Origin: an uncultured Clostridia bacterium
GTDB taxonomy: Bacteria; Bacillota; Clostridia; Saccharofermentanales; DTU023
Assembly: GCA_946220865.1 (NCBI GenBank)
Contig: CAMJYM010000007.1
Span: 1,959 to 65,958 of the forward strand
Reading direction: 5' to 3'
DNA length: 64,000 nucleotides
This document shows, piece by piece, positions 8,762-21,554 of the stretch. The translations under genes and the position numbers were made by a program. The notes below the pieces were generated by a model. That model had not been told where the DNA came from and searched no databases. It worked only from the letters and a program-made list of their open reading frames with translations. Position 1 is the stretch's first letter. Each line of letters begins with the position of its first letter.

Positions 8762-9874
8762 ATGAAAAATAGCAAAGTTCCAACCATTGTCGATGTAGCG
8801 GAATTAGCTGGAGTATCTGTATCCACAGTCTCTCGCGTTATAAATCATAAAGAAAGCGTAAATCTTGAGGCCAAGGCCAAAGTAGAAGCAGCGATACGCG
8901 ATTTAAAATACGTTCCAAGTCTGGCGGCGCGCCGCATACGCGGCGCGTCCAGCCGGATGCTGGGGATTATCCTGCCTGATGCCAAGGATGCTTTCTTTTC
9001 AAAAGTTTTAGAATCCATTCTAAGTGCCGCTGACCAAGTTGATCTTAAAGTTATTGTGTTCAGCTGTCATGGGGATAGCCGCAATGAAGAGCTGCAGTTA
9101 AAAAAGGCTGCTTCAGCAGATCTCGTGGGATTATTATACTGTCCTTCCTCTGGAGTGGATGTCGACTTAGTTAAGTCCCTATTTAATGTGAATCTCCCTT
9201 TAATCATCCTCTATCGTAGAGGAACGATGCCCGGTGTACCTCACATTTATCTAGATAATTTTAAGGGAGGATATCTGGCCACCAAATACCTTTTACATCT
9301 TGGCCGTGAAAATATTGCATTTTTTGCTGGCTTTTGGCCTTCCGTGGAGATCGAGAGAATCAATTCTTTTCTCCCTCTGCTTGATATGCCAAACCGAGGT
9401 ATTTATACCGCTTTAGACCGTATTGCGGGATATAAACAAGCCCTGGATGAGGCCAGAATACCATTTGATGAAAAACTTATCATTGCCGCACCAGGTTTCG
9501 ACTATGAAAGTGGACTTCAAGGTATGCAGAAATTTTTATCCCGTATGCGCTCCTTTGATGCACTCATTTGCGGCAATGATGCAGTTGCCACCGGAGCCAT
9601 GCAGATTCTTTCCGAGCAACATTACCAAGTTCCTGGTCAGATTTCGATCATCGGGTACGATGATTCTCTTTTTTCACTCGTGACCAGACCTAGACTTACC
9701 ACTATTCATCAAGATGCTGCTCTAATCGGGACCGAAGCTATTGAAATGCTTATGGCCTGTATGGCAGGAGAGCATGTTGAAGATCGCGTCATTGACGTAG
9801 AACTCATTGTTAGAGAGTCTACAGCCAAAGTAAACGAAAGTGAAAATCATTCAACAAATAAAGGAACAAAATAG
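8762..9874 (+). CDS. LacI family transcriptional regulator
   Basis: N-terminal HTH TIVDVAELAGVSVSTVSRVINH followed by a periplasmic-binding-protein-like sugar-binding core. Confidence 0.9.
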   Translation: MKNSKVPTIVDVAELAGVSVSTVSRVINHKESVNLEAKAKVEAAIRDLKYVPSLAARRIRGASSRMLGIILPDAKDAFFSKVLESILSAADQVDLKVIVFSCHGDSRNEELQLKKAASADLVGLLYCPSSGVDVDLVKSLFNVNLPLIILYRRGTMPGVPHIYLDNFKGGYLATKYLLHLGRENIAFFAGFWPSVEIERINSFLPLLDMPNRGIYTALDRIAGYKQALDEARIPFDEKLIIAAPGFDYESGLQGMQKFLSRMRSFDALICGNDAVATGAMQILSEQHYQVPGQISIIGYDDSLFSLVTRPRLTTIHQDAALIGTEAIEMLMACMAGEHVEDRVIDVELIVRESTAKVNESENHSTNKGTK

Positions 9875-11266
9875 ATGCACATGCTAGCTTTGCCTCAGGG
9901 GGAAGCGAGAAGAAAGTGGGTAAAATCTCTTCTCTTGTCTTTCATTGGCCCTATCATTCTACTTATCTGGCAGCCTTTAGGCCTGAACCTGCGTCAGACA
10001 GCCGTAGTTGCTTCGGTCGTTCTGACTATCATCTGGTGGACCACCAATATCATCTCAAAGATCCCAGCTTCCTTGTTTCTGCTGCTAGTCTTTTGGCTAG
10101 GGAGTGGAGCCGGGCCAGAGGTTGTTTTCTCTTTCCCCCTGTCGGAGACTTTCCCTTTACTTATATTTACCTACCTTTTCTCTTACGCTGTCTCATCCTC
10201 TGGTTTAGTAGAAAAGCTCATTGCTCCCTGGTTACGTCGTATTGCAACCACTCCCTTAAAACTTTTATCCTGCATGTTTGCAGTGTATTTGCTGACCATT
10301 TTCCTCGTTCCTCAGCCCTTAGCTCGACTCATACTCGTAAGCTCCATCTTTGATAGTTATCTTAAAGAGACGAAGGCCTCTGTTGAAGCTATTCAGGTAT
10401 TTAACTTTACGTCTGTCCTCTATTACATTTTAGTCAACATGCTGCTCACCAGAGCTGACCTCATCATGAACAACGCTGCATTATCTTTCGCGGGTTTGAC
10501 TCGCCTGGATGACCTGACTTGGTTTCGCTACATGGGGCTCCCCTCACTCGCTGTTCTTTTAATTCTTACAACAGGCGTGTTCATAATATTCAAAAAAGAA
10601 CTTCGTGGGGTTTCGTTCGAAACTAAAGTTGGCAATAACCTCCACCTACAAAAGTTAACCGCTAAAGAAAAGAAAATTTTGGTCATCGTCATTGTTACAG
10701 TCATCTTATGGATGACCGAATCACTTCACGGTATCTCCGGGACTTGGATAACTCTGGCTTCAACAGTTGTTTTTTTTATATTAGGCGCCCTAAAATGGCA
10801 GGATCGCAGAGCTATAGACATCAAAACACTGGTCTTCTTGTCCGCTGCCTTTGCAATTGGTGGAGTTCTGAAGAATATTGGAGCAGCTGATTTAATTTTT
10901 ATCCAGCTTAAAGCCCTCTATCCCTCACCATCTTCTCCACTCTATTTTATCGTCATCATCCTCATGGCAATGGCCATGCATATGCTATTAGGCAGCAACA
11001 CAACAACATTATCTGTCGTCATACCCGGCCTGCTGGTGGCTGCAGGAGAGAATCTTGAAGCACCTGTCATTATGTTTACTGCTTATGCCAGTGTGGCTTA
11101 TCATGCCATCTTGCCCGTACACTCCGTAGCTTTTATGATTGGAGCTGAGAAAAACCTCTATCCTGCCCGCTATGTAATGCGCTTTGGCTTTTTCTCCACT
11201 CTGGTAGTGTACCTCGCTATATTGTTACTTTATTCACCTTGGTGGAGAATAATTGGAGCTTTGTAA
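9875..11266 (+). CDS. anion or organic-acid permease (ArsB/NhaD-DASS ion transporter superfamily)
   Basis: 463-aa polytopic membrane protein. Its ATG abuts the lacI-family stop (TAGATG). Family assignment is from overall topology and recollection only. Confidence 0.5.
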   Translation: MHMLALPQGEARRKWVKSLLLSFIGPIILLIWQPLGLNLRQTAVVASVVLTIIWWTTNIISKIPASLFLLLVFWLGSGAGPEVVFSFPLSETFPLLIFTYLFSYAVSSSGLVEKLIAPWLRRIATTPLKLLSCMFAVYLLTIFLVPQPLARLILVSSIFDSYLKETKASVEAIQVFNFTSVLYYILVNMLLTRADLIMNNAALSFAGLTRLDDLTWFRYMGLPSLAVLLILTTGVFIIFKKELRGVSFETKVGNNLHLQKLTAKEKKILVIVIVTVILWMTESLHGISGTWITLASTVVFFILGALKWQDRRAIDIKTLVFLSAAFAIGGVLKNIGAADLIFIQLKALYPSPSSPLYFIVIILMAMAMHMLLGSNTTTLSVVIPGLLVAAGENLEAPVIMFTAYASVAYHAILPVHSVAFMIGAEKNLYPARYVMRFGFFSTLVVYLAILLLYSPWWRIIGAL

Positions 11267-11384
11267 AGATCTAGAAAAAATGAGTTTAATGTAGCACCTG
11301 GGCTATCTTCTCACCCATCAGCGGTTATTTGTCCGACACAACCAGTTTATCAAATCATCACGCTGCCGCCGCACAAGAGAAATA

Positions 11385-11436
11385 AACAAGGAGCTTGTCT
11401 CAGAACACGAAAGTGTGGTGAGACAAGCTCCTTGTT
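11385..11436. terminator. bidirectional rho-independent terminator (gap on minus, permease on plus)
   Basis: Perfect 18-bp stem: AACAAGGAGCTTGTCTCA (11385-11402) with TGAGACAAGCTCCTTGTT (11419-11436). The loop contains a nested ACAC-GAAA-GTGT mini-hairpin. A/T runs lie on both sides. Confidence 0.75.
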
Positions 11437-11469
11437 ATTTAAAGCCTTAGTCAGAGACTTACTCAGAGA

Positions 11470-12576
<1,107 letters not shown>

Positions 12577-12910
12577 TTATCGCTGGTGAATGTACAGGTG
12601 AAAGGGGCCCTTGATGCTGACTTTCACCTCCACCTTTCATAGTGATTTCATTTATTATAACAACCACTTTCGAGATTTCCCACTGTCAATGGCGACTAAA
12701 AATGAAGGTGGGAAGGCTCAAGTTTTGCCGCTTTGACAGCCCAGGGGCCGTAGAAAGCTCATAGTTAATAGCCTCTTTCAGACCTGGCGGGCTTAACTTC
12801 GAGGTCTTTACGACTAAAACAAAATGCGACCCGACGCAAAGTTGAACCGAGGCAAAATTCAGCGGGCTAAAGATTCATAGAACAGAAACCAGGCTAAAAA
12901 AAGTCCCCAT

Positions 12911-12947
12911 CAAAAAACGGGAGCAGATCTTTTGATCCGCCCCCGTT
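12911..12947 (-). terminator. rho-independent terminator after gcvPB
   Basis: Minus strand reads AACGGGGGCGGATC-AAAA-GATCTGCTCCCGTT followed by TTTTTTG. Confidence 0.6.
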
Positions 12948-12994
12948 CATGCAGGTCACTTAAACTCGAATTCTCAAGCTGAAATTCTGAGGCT

Positions 12995-14443
12995 TTACGC
13001 CTTGAGATCGAGTTCCTTCGCGGCTTTAACCTCGTCGGGGCGACGCACCGGTGTATTGTGCGGGGCTTCAAGCAGCTTTTCAGGATTTTCCTTCGCTTCT
13101 TTGGCCACATTGATAAAGGCTTCGACCAGCTGATCCAGACCTTCACGGGTTTCCGTATCGGTCGGCTCGACCATCATGGCCTCATGCACAATGAGCGGGA
13201 AATACACGGTCGGGGGATGAACCCCGTTCTCGATGAGTCCCTTGGCCATATCCAGCGTGCTCACGCCGTATTCATCTTTCTGGCGTGTGCCCGAGATGAT
13301 GAACTCATGCATGGGCTTGCCTTCCGGATGATCGAAGTAGTCCTTCACTTTGGTGAAAATGTAGTTGGCATTGGCCACGGCTGCTTCGGAGGCATCATAC
13401 AGACCCTCAGCTCCCATGGCCAGGATGTAAGCGCAGCTGCGGAGCAGCACGGCCGTTGAGCCGTTGTAACTTCTCATGCGGCCGATCGATTTGGGTCGAT
13501 CGTTATCCCAGCTGTAGACGCCGTCTTTTTCTTGGAGCACAGGCTTGGGCAGATAGCAGGCCAGAAAATCTTTGCAGCCCACCGGACCGGCACCCGGTCC
13601 GCCGCCACCGTGCGGGGTGGAGAAGGTTTTGTGCACGTTGAGGTGGACACAGTCAAAGCCCATGTCCCCGGGACGAACGTGCAGGAGAATTGCATTCAAG
13701 TTGGCTCCGTCGTAGTACATCAGGCCACCGGCTTCGTGCACCAGATCGCAGATTTCCTTGATGTCTGTCTCAAAACGCCCCATGGTATTGGGGTTTGTCA
13801 ACATCATACCGGCGACATCATCACCGAGTTTCGACTTGAGATCCTCCATGTCGACCGTGCCCGCCTCCGTAGATTTCACCTCACGGACGACGAAGCCAGC
13901 CATCGCTGCAGAAGCAGGGTTAGTCCCATGAGCTGAGTCAGGCACGAGCATGACCTGGCGCTTATCGTCGTGACGATCACGGTGGTAGGCAGCAATCAGC
14001 ATGACGCCAGTCAGTTCGCCATGAGCGCCCGCCGCGGGCTGGAAGGTAAAGGCATCCATGCCGGTAATGTCGCAGAGCAGCTGTTCATGCAGATGGAGCA
14101 TTTTCAGCGTTCCCTGAACGGTCTCGTCAGGCTGCAGAGGGTGCAGGCGGGAAAAAGCCGGGTTCGCCACAATATCCTCATTAACTTTGGGATTGTACTT
14201 CATCGTGCAGGACCCCAGAGGATAGGGCCCGTTTTCGACGCCAAAGTTTTTCGTGGAGAGATTCGTGTAATGGCGCACCACCTGGATTTCCGAGAGGTTG
14301 GGGAAATTCAGATCTTCTTCCCTGAGCAGAGCTTTGTCATACCAGCCTTCGATATTGGAGCTCAGTCGCTCGTGATCGAAATACGTGCGGTTTCCTCCGG
14401 TCTGGGGAAGGTCAAAGATCAAATTGGTTTTATAGCTGATCAT
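12995..14443 (-). CDS. gcvPB: glycine dehydrogenase (aminomethyl-transferring) subunit 2
   Basis: 482 aa with the PLP-lysine region HLNVHKTFSTPHGGGGPG. Overlaps the gcvPA stop by 1 nt. Confidence 0.95.
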   Translation of the reverse strand: MISYKTNLIFDLPQTGGNRTYFDHERLSSNIEGWYDKALLREEDLNFPNLSEIQVVRHYTNLSTKNFGVENGPYPLGSCTMKYNPKVNEDIVANPAFSRLHPLQPDETVQGTLKMLHLHEQLLCDITGMDAFTFQPAAGAHGELTGVMLIAAYHRDRHDDKRQVMLVPDSAHGTNPASAAMAGFVVREVKSTEAGTVDMEDLKSKLGDDVAGMMLTNPNTMGRFETDIKEICDLVHEAGGLMYYDGANLNAILLHVRPGDMGFDCVHLNVHKTFSTPHGGGGPGAGPVGCKDFLACYLPKPVLQEKDGVYSWDNDRPKSIGRMRSYNGSTAVLLRSCAYILAMGAEGLYDASEAAVANANYIFTKVKDYFDHPEGKPMHEFIISGTRQKDEYGVSTLDMAKGLIENGVHPPTVYFPLIVHEAMMVEPTDTETREGLDQLVEAFINVAKEAKENPEKLLEAPHNTPVRRPDEVKAAKELDLKA

Positions 14444-15792
14444 TATTTTTCCTCCTTCCCGGCCAGTTCTTTCACCGAGGCCACGAAGCGGTCGAGATGA
14501 GCCTTGTCTTTCTTTTCCGTGGCCGCGAGGAGCCAGACATTGTTTTCCAGGACCACCCCGCCAAGGATCTTTTTGTCGAGGAGTTTCTTGTTGAGCGCTC
14601 TGAGATCCAGGCCATTTTTCGCTTTCAACGCAAATTCACGGAAATAAGGCGCATCATAGACCTCTTCAAAGAGGCCGGTCTTCAGCAATTCATCGTGCAG
14701 ATAACGGGCCTTGTCCGCCGACTGCCAGGCCGCTTCAGTCAAACCCTGACGGCCGAGCAGCGCCATGTGGATGGCGGCAGCTGTCGCCAGCAAAGCCTGC
14801 GCGGTGCAGATGTTGGAAGTCGCCTTCTCGCGGCGGATATGCTGTTCACGCGCCTGCAGGGTAAGGACGTAGGAGGTCTCGCCATCACGGTCAACAGTAC
14901 GGCCGCAGATGCGTCCGGGCATTTTGCGCACCAGTTTATCCGTGCAGCACATGTAGCCGAGGGCCGGTCCGCCGTAATTCAGAGAGGCTCCGAGCGGCTG
15001 GGCTTCACCAAAGACCACATCAAGTCCGGCTTTTCCGGGCGTCTTGAAAATGGCCATGACCACAGGATCCATCGCTGCGCAGGCCAGGGCGTCTACATCA
15101 TGAGCCGCCTTGCTGAGCTCGTCCAGATTCTCGACGACGCCATAAAAGTTGGGGCTCTGGATAATAAAAGCCGCGTAGCCACTTTCCTTCGGATAGCAGC
15201 CTGCAGAACTGCCATGCTCATTCAGCTCGCCGATTTCATATTCGAAACCATGCGAAATGAAATACGTTTTCACACACTCAATATATTCGGGATTCAGGCC
15301 AGCTGAGAGCCACACCTTGTTGGTCTTGCGCTTATCACGAATGGCCATGAGAGCCGTTTCCGCACAGGCGGAAGCGCCATCGTACATGGAAGCGTTGGCA
15401 ACATCCATACCACTCAGACGGCAGATGAAGCTCTGCCACTCGAAGGTAGCCTGCAGGGTACCCTGCGAAATTTCCTGCTGGTACGGGGTGTAGGAAGTCA
15501 GGAACTCTTCGCGGTTAATGAGGTGGTGCACCGCTGCGGGCACGACATGATCGTAAAAGCCTGCACCGAGGTAGGAATCATAGTCGTCCAGATTTTTATT
15601 CTGGCGCGCTGCTTCATCAAAAAGTTTCAGCAGGGCCTGCTCGGATAAACCTTTTTCCGCAAGATGATCCAGCTTCCGACGTTTCAGACGGAGTTCCTCC
15701 GGGATATGGCTGAAGAGTGAGGCAGGATCGATGCCCACTTCCCGGAGCATCGCGTGTCGCTCTTCAGCGGCAATGGGGACGTAATTGCTCAT
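14443..15792 (-). CDS. gcvPA: glycine dehydrogenase (aminomethyl-transferring) subunit 1
   Basis: 449 aa with typical GcvPA sequence (TSYTPYQQEISQGTLQ). Confidence 0.95.
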   Translation of the reverse strand: MSNYVPIAAEERHAMLREVGIDPASLFSHIPEELRLKRRKLDHLAEKGLSEQALLKLFDEAARQNKNLDDYDSYLGAGFYDHVVPAAVHHLINREEFLTSYTPYQQEISQGTLQATFEWQSFICRLSGMDVANASMYDGASACAETALMAIRDKRKTNKVWLSAGLNPEYIECVKTYFISHGFEYEIGELNEHGSSAGCYPKESGYAAFIIQSPNFYGVVENLDELSKAAHDVDALACAAMDPVVMAIFKTPGKAGLDVVFGEAQPLGASLNYGGPALGYMCCTDKLVRKMPGRICGRTVDRDGETSYVLTLQAREQHIRREKATSNICTAQALLATAAAIHMALLGRQGLTEAAWQSADKARYLHDELLKTGLFEEVYDAPYFREFALKAKNGLDLRALNKKLLDKKILGGVVLENNVWLLAATEKKDKAHLDRFVASVKELAGKEEK

Positions 15793-16187
15793 TATTGGGC
15801 CTCTTCACAAAGTTTCCGATAATCATCGGGTTTCAGCAGCTCATCAAGTTCAGACGGATCCGAAAGTTTCACTTTGGCAATCCAGGTATCGTAGGGTGCG
15901 CTGTTCAGCTGATCCGGTGCATCTTCAATGCTCTCGTTGGCTTCCACGATTTCGCCGGAAACAGGGGTGTAGACATCCTCAGCCATTTTCACAGATTCTA
16001 CGCTGGCGATGACGTCACCCTTGCTGAGTTCACTGCCGACAGGTTCGGCTTCAGCATAAACAAGATCGCCCAGTTCTTTCTGAGCATAATCAGAGATGCC
16101 GACGGAAGCGATATCACCCTCAACCAGAACCCACTCATGGGTTTTGGTGTAAACACGATCATTTCTCACATCAATTTCAACAGACAT
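15792..16187 (-). CDS. gcvH: glycine cleavage system protein H
   Basis: 131 aa with the lipoyl-lysine motif VESVKMAEDV. Confidence 0.95.
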   Translation of the reverse strand: MSVEIDVRNDRVYTKTHEWVLVEGDIASVGISDYAQKELGDLVYAEAEPVGSELSKGDVIASVESVKMAEDVYTPVSGEIVEANESIEDAPDQLNSAPYDTWIAKVKLSDPSELDELLKPDDYRKLCEEAQ

Positions 16188-16276
16188 TTTCTTTTCCTTT
16201 CCTGGCCCCCCGGGCCTTCCGGTCTCCCGGTACTGCGGCTTTCTGCCACTTTCCCTCTGCCCTTGGCTTCGGGGAC

Positions 16277-17395
16277 TTAACGATCTCTTTTAACAAAGGG
16301 CGCCGTGGTTTTTCTGAAGGGCTGCTCTTTGCGATGAACTTCTACCATAAATTCTTCCACCTCATCGGGGAAAGCCGGATCTACAAGAGCGTAGGCAATG
16401 CCTTTGCCGAGGGTTGGCGAGAAAGTGCCGGAGCTGATATGCCCGACTTCTTTGCCATCTGCAAACACAGGGTAGCCTTCGCGGGGAATGGCCCTTCCCT
16501 CACTGATCAGAGGGATAAGCTTATGGTGCTGGACGAGCTTACCTGCTGCAATAAAGGGACGATCCGTCTTGACGGCGAAACCGACGCCGGCATCAAGCGG
16601 ATTCAGCTCCTGACTCATTTCATGTCCATAGAGGGGCATGCCAGCTTCCAGACGCAGCGTATCTCTCGCGCCGAGACCCGCAGGTTCTGCGCCGAGCTTT
16701 ATCAGGGCATCCCAGAAACGACCCGCTTCCGCCGCAGGGAGATAGATTTCAAAGCCATCTTCACCCGTGTAACCGGTGCGGGAAATGACCATGGAAAGGT
16801 CACCTTTAAACTTGGGCTTGCGCTGCATGCGATAGCTTTTCATGCCGAGAACTATCTCGATAAATTCCGGTGCTTCCCCGAATTGCTCCAAAAGAGCTTT
16901 CATGATTTCCGGGCTCTTCGGGCCCTGAACGGCAATCTGAGCATAAAACTCAGACTCATCGGTAATCTTCACGTCCTGCACGGCCTCGGGATGCTTTTCA
17001 TAGAAGACGGGCAGAATATCATTCAAATAAGCAAAATCTTTATCTTTATTCGCCGCATTCACGACCAGCCAGTAGTCTCCGGATTCCTGGAAACGATAGG
17101 CCAGCAAATCGTCCACGGCGCCGCCGGCTTCATAGAGCAAAATAGCATAGCTGACCAATTCAGTTTTTTTACCGCTGATGTCACGGCTGAGGACCCAGTT
17201 GAGGAAGGCATCTGCGGAAGTCCCCGTTACACGGATTTCGCCCATGTGGGAAACATCAAAAATACCAACCTTTTCCCTCACGGCCAGAACTTCTTCTTTA
17301 ATGCCGGCGTATTGAATAGGCATATCAAAGCCTGCATATTCGCCCATTTTTGCATTGAGCGCAAGATGCTTATCATGCAAGGGTGTTTTTTTCAT
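16277..17395 (-). CDS. gcvT: glycine cleavage system aminomethyltransferase T
   Basis: 372 aa. MKKTPLHDKHLALNAKMGEYAGFDMP and the rest are typical GcvT. Confidence 0.95.
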   Translation of the reverse strand: MKKTPLHDKHLALNAKMGEYAGFDMPIQYAGIKEEVLAVREKVGIFDVSHMGEIRVTGTSADAFLNWVLSRDISGKKTELVSYAILLYEAGGAVDDLLAYRFQESGDYWLVVNAANKDKDFAYLNDILPVFYEKHPEAVQDVKITDESEFYAQIAVQGPKSPEIMKALLEQFGEAPEFIEIVLGMKSYRMQRKPKFKGDLSMVISRTGYTGEDGFEIYLPAAEAGRFWDALIKLGAEPAGLGARDTLRLEAGMPLYGHEMSQELNPLDAGVGFAVKTDRPFIAAGKLVQHHKLIPLISEGRAIPREGYPVFADGKEVGHISSGTFSPTLGKGIAYALVDPAFPDEVEEFMVEVHRKEQPFRKTTAPFVKRDR

Positions 17396-17400
17396 GCTAA

Positions 17401-17480
17401 CCTCCTATTGACCATTGCCCTGCAGGGCTTTCGAACCGCTTATGAGGCTGCTTCAGCACCTCTGCGGAATGATTCCCTTT
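17401..17480 (-). promoter_or_regulatory. candidate single-aptamer glycine riboswitch in the gcvT leader
   Basis: Minus strand reads CCGCAGAGGTGCTGAAGCAGCC...CCTGCAGGGCAATGGTC. This resembles the remembered glycine aptamer core (GGAGAG...CGCCGAAGGAGCAA...CTCAGGCAAAAGGAC). It lies directly upstream of the gcvT RBS. Only one aptamer-sized unit is visible. Confidence 0.35.
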
Positions 17481-17595
17481 ATTTTAACATTAAAAGCGAA
17501 TAAAAAAAGCCAATAAAAAAGCGACCGTCTAAAAGAGATGGCATTTTTATCTGCAGAAATAAAAATATCATCGCTGAGGGGCCCGTTTTTACACT

Positions 17596-17640
17596 AAAAA
17601 AGAGCTGCCTCATGACACTTTCGTGTGTTGAGACAGCTCC
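17596..17640 (-). terminator. rho-independent terminator after dnaJ
   Basis: Minus strand reads GAGCTGTCTCA-ACACACGAAAGTGTCA-TGAGGCAGCTC followed by TTTTTTAG. The stem-loop is closely related in sequence to the one at 11385-11436. Confidence 0.7.
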
Positions 17641-17660
17641 CTGGATTTCCGATATGAGGC

Positions 17661-18830
17661 TCAGCTGCGCTCTCCTGAAAAGACGGAGCGCAAGCGTTCA
17701 AAGAAGCCCTGTCGTTTTTGATAGTGACTGACATTCACGCTGGACTCAAATTTTTCCAGGAGGGCTTTCTGATCTGCACTGAGGTTTCTGGGAACTTCAA
17801 TACTGACACGAAACTGATGATCCCCACGGCCGCGGCCATTGATTCTGGGAATACCCTTACCGTGGATCGTAAAGAGATCTCCGGCTTGAGTGCCTTCTTT
17901 GAGTTTGTATTTTTCCGGTCCGTCGATGCAGGGAACTTCGATTTCCATGCCCAGCGCCGCCTGCGTAAAGGTGATCGGCACTTCACAGTAGGTGGTTGTG
18001 CCTTCACGGCTGAACACCGGATGGGGCCGTATGTGAATCTCGATGTAGAGATCGCCATTGCGGCCTCCCCTTCGGCCGGGTTCACCTTCACCCCGCAGCG
18101 TGAGCATCTCGTGCTCGTCTATACCCGCAGGAACCTGAACAATCAGGCGCTTGGTCTTTTCTTTGAGTCCGCTTCCCCCGCATTGCTTGCAGGGGTTTTT
18201 GATGACCTGTCCGGTTCCCTGGCAGTTGCTGCAGGGCACCGTGGTCATCATCTGACCAAAGAGCGTCTGCTGCTGGCGGGTCACCTGACCCGAACCATGG
18301 CAGACCGGGCAGGTGTCCGGTTCTGAACCATCTTCAGAACCGCTGCCTTTGCAGTGCTCGCAAAGATCCTCTTTGCGAATGCTGATCTCACGTTCACAGC
18401 CGAAAGCCGCTTCATTAAAATCAAGATTCATGCGGTAGCGAAGATTGGCTCCAGGCATGGGGGTGTTGCGGTTAATGCTTCCGCCTGCCCTCGTCCCGGC
18501 AAAACCGAAATCACCAAATATACTGTTGAAGAGGTCGTTCAGGTTGATATTAGCGCCAAAACCGCCAAAGCCGCCTGCCGCACCTCCTCCAAAAGCGTTA
18601 GGATCCATGCCGGCCATACCGAATTGGTCATAGCGCGCACGTTTCTCTTTATCGCTCAGCACCGAATAAGCTTCATTGGCTTCCTTGAACTTTTCTTCAG
18701 CTTCTTTATTGCCAGGATTGACATCCGGATGATATTTTTTCGCCAGCTTCCAATAGGCTTTTTTAATCTGCCCTTCGTCTGCTCCCTTATCGACGCCCAG
18801 GACCTCATAATAATCACGTTTTTTTGCCAT
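17661..18830 (-). CDS. dnaJ: molecular chaperone DnaJ
   Basis: J domain with HPD (KYHPDVNPG), a G/F-rich linker and four CxxCxGxG zinc-finger repeats. Confidence 0.95.
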   Translation of the reverse strand: MAKKRDYYEVLGVDKGADEGQIKKAYWKLAKKYHPDVNPGNKEAEEKFKEANEAYSVLSDKEKRARYDQFGMAGMDPNAFGGGAAGGFGGFGANINLNDLFNSIFGDFGFAGTRAGGSINRNTPMPGANLRYRMNLDFNEAAFGCEREISIRKEDLCEHCKGSGSEDGSEPDTCPVCHGSGQVTRQQQTLFGQMMTTVPCSNCQGTGQVIKNPCKQCGGSGLKEKTKRLIVQVPAGIDEHEMLTLRGEGEPGRRGGRNGDLYIEIHIRPHPVFSREGTTTYCEVPITFTQAALGMEIEVPCIDGPEKYKLKEGTQAGDLFTIHGKGIPRINGRGRGDHQFRVSIEVPRNLSADQKALLEKFESSVNVSHYQKRQGFFERLRSVFSGERS

Positions 18831-18966
18831 TGAGCGTCCTCCTTCCGAGATGGCCGGTCAAATTTAAACTTAAGAAAAGCAATGCCGAACCGAAACAGAG
18901 CGGCACTGCTTTTCCTGTAGTTTATCTCAGGCTGCACTTGCAGCGCAAACTTTTATTCATTCAGGC

Positions 18967-20859
<1,893 letters not shown>

Positions 20860-20942
20860 TTAAATTAACGGCTTTCGCCGGCTAAAATATTTTCTCCTGC
20901 CCTGCTCCCAGGGGTTTAGGGCAATAAACGCTTTTCTCTTAG

Positions 20943-21554
20943 CTAGTTGGCCACTACCACGACACTGTGACGAATCACCTGGTCCCCGCAGCGATAACCT
21001 TTTTGCAGAACCTGGGCTACCATATTTTCACCCAGCTCTTTGTCTTCTATATGTTGAACGGCATTGTGCAGCTCCGGATCGAAGCTCTCTCCTGCCGCAG
21101 GGATTTCACTGACGCCGATTTTTTCCATGGACTCGATCGCCACTTTGCGAACCAGAGCCATACCTTCGGCCATTTTTTTGCTTTCTTCAGTGCTGGCCTT
21201 TTCTCCGCTCTCCACAGCCCGATCCAAATTATCCAGAACCGGCAGTAAGGCCTTGACGGCATCTGCTCTGGCATCTTCGTAGCAGCGGGACTTTTCCTGA
21301 CGTGTGCGTCGGCGGAAATTTTCGTATTCTGCAGCCAGCCGCAGATAGCGATCCTGAGCCTCTGCCAGCTCTTTTTCTTTATCTTCAAGTTCGGCCACTG
21401 CCTTTTCGTAGCGACCGGCCTTTTCATGTTCCTCATCCTGCTTAAAATCTTTCTGCTCGTCCGTTCTCAGATCTTTATCTTCGACCGGAGCAGCACCATT
21501 CGACTTGGACTGTCCGTTGCTGCGCCTGAGCGTTTTTTTGTGTTCATGACTCAT
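20943..21554 (-). CDS. grpE: nucleotide exchange factor GrpE
   Basis: 203 aa with a coiled-coil N-terminal half and a GrpE C-terminal beta domain. Overlaps the hrcA stop. Confidence 0.9.
   Translation of the reverse strand: MSHEHKKTLRRSNGQSKSNGAAPVEDKDLRTDEQKDFKQDEEHEKAGRYEKAVAELEDKEKELAEAQDRYLRLAAEYENFRRRTRQEKSRCYEDARADAVKALLPVLDNLDRAVESGEKASTEESKKMAEGMALVRKVAIESMEKIGVSEIPAAGESFDPELHNAVQHIEDKELGENMVAQVLQKGYRCGDQVIRHSVVVVAN

Noticed and set aside
16334-17503. Long antisense ORFs opposite well-supported genes. Examples: 16334..17503 vs gcvT, 11665..12357 vs gap, 14497..15306 vs gcvPA, 35563..36354 vs the GPH symporter, 36417..37187 vs GH36, 23222..23764 vs hemW, 61749..62288 vs citD/E, 63421..63903 vs citF.
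   Set aside because: The translations are low-complexity and Arg/Gly/Ala-rich with no motifs. They lie in the shadow frames of GC-rich genes whose own products have unambiguous family signatures.
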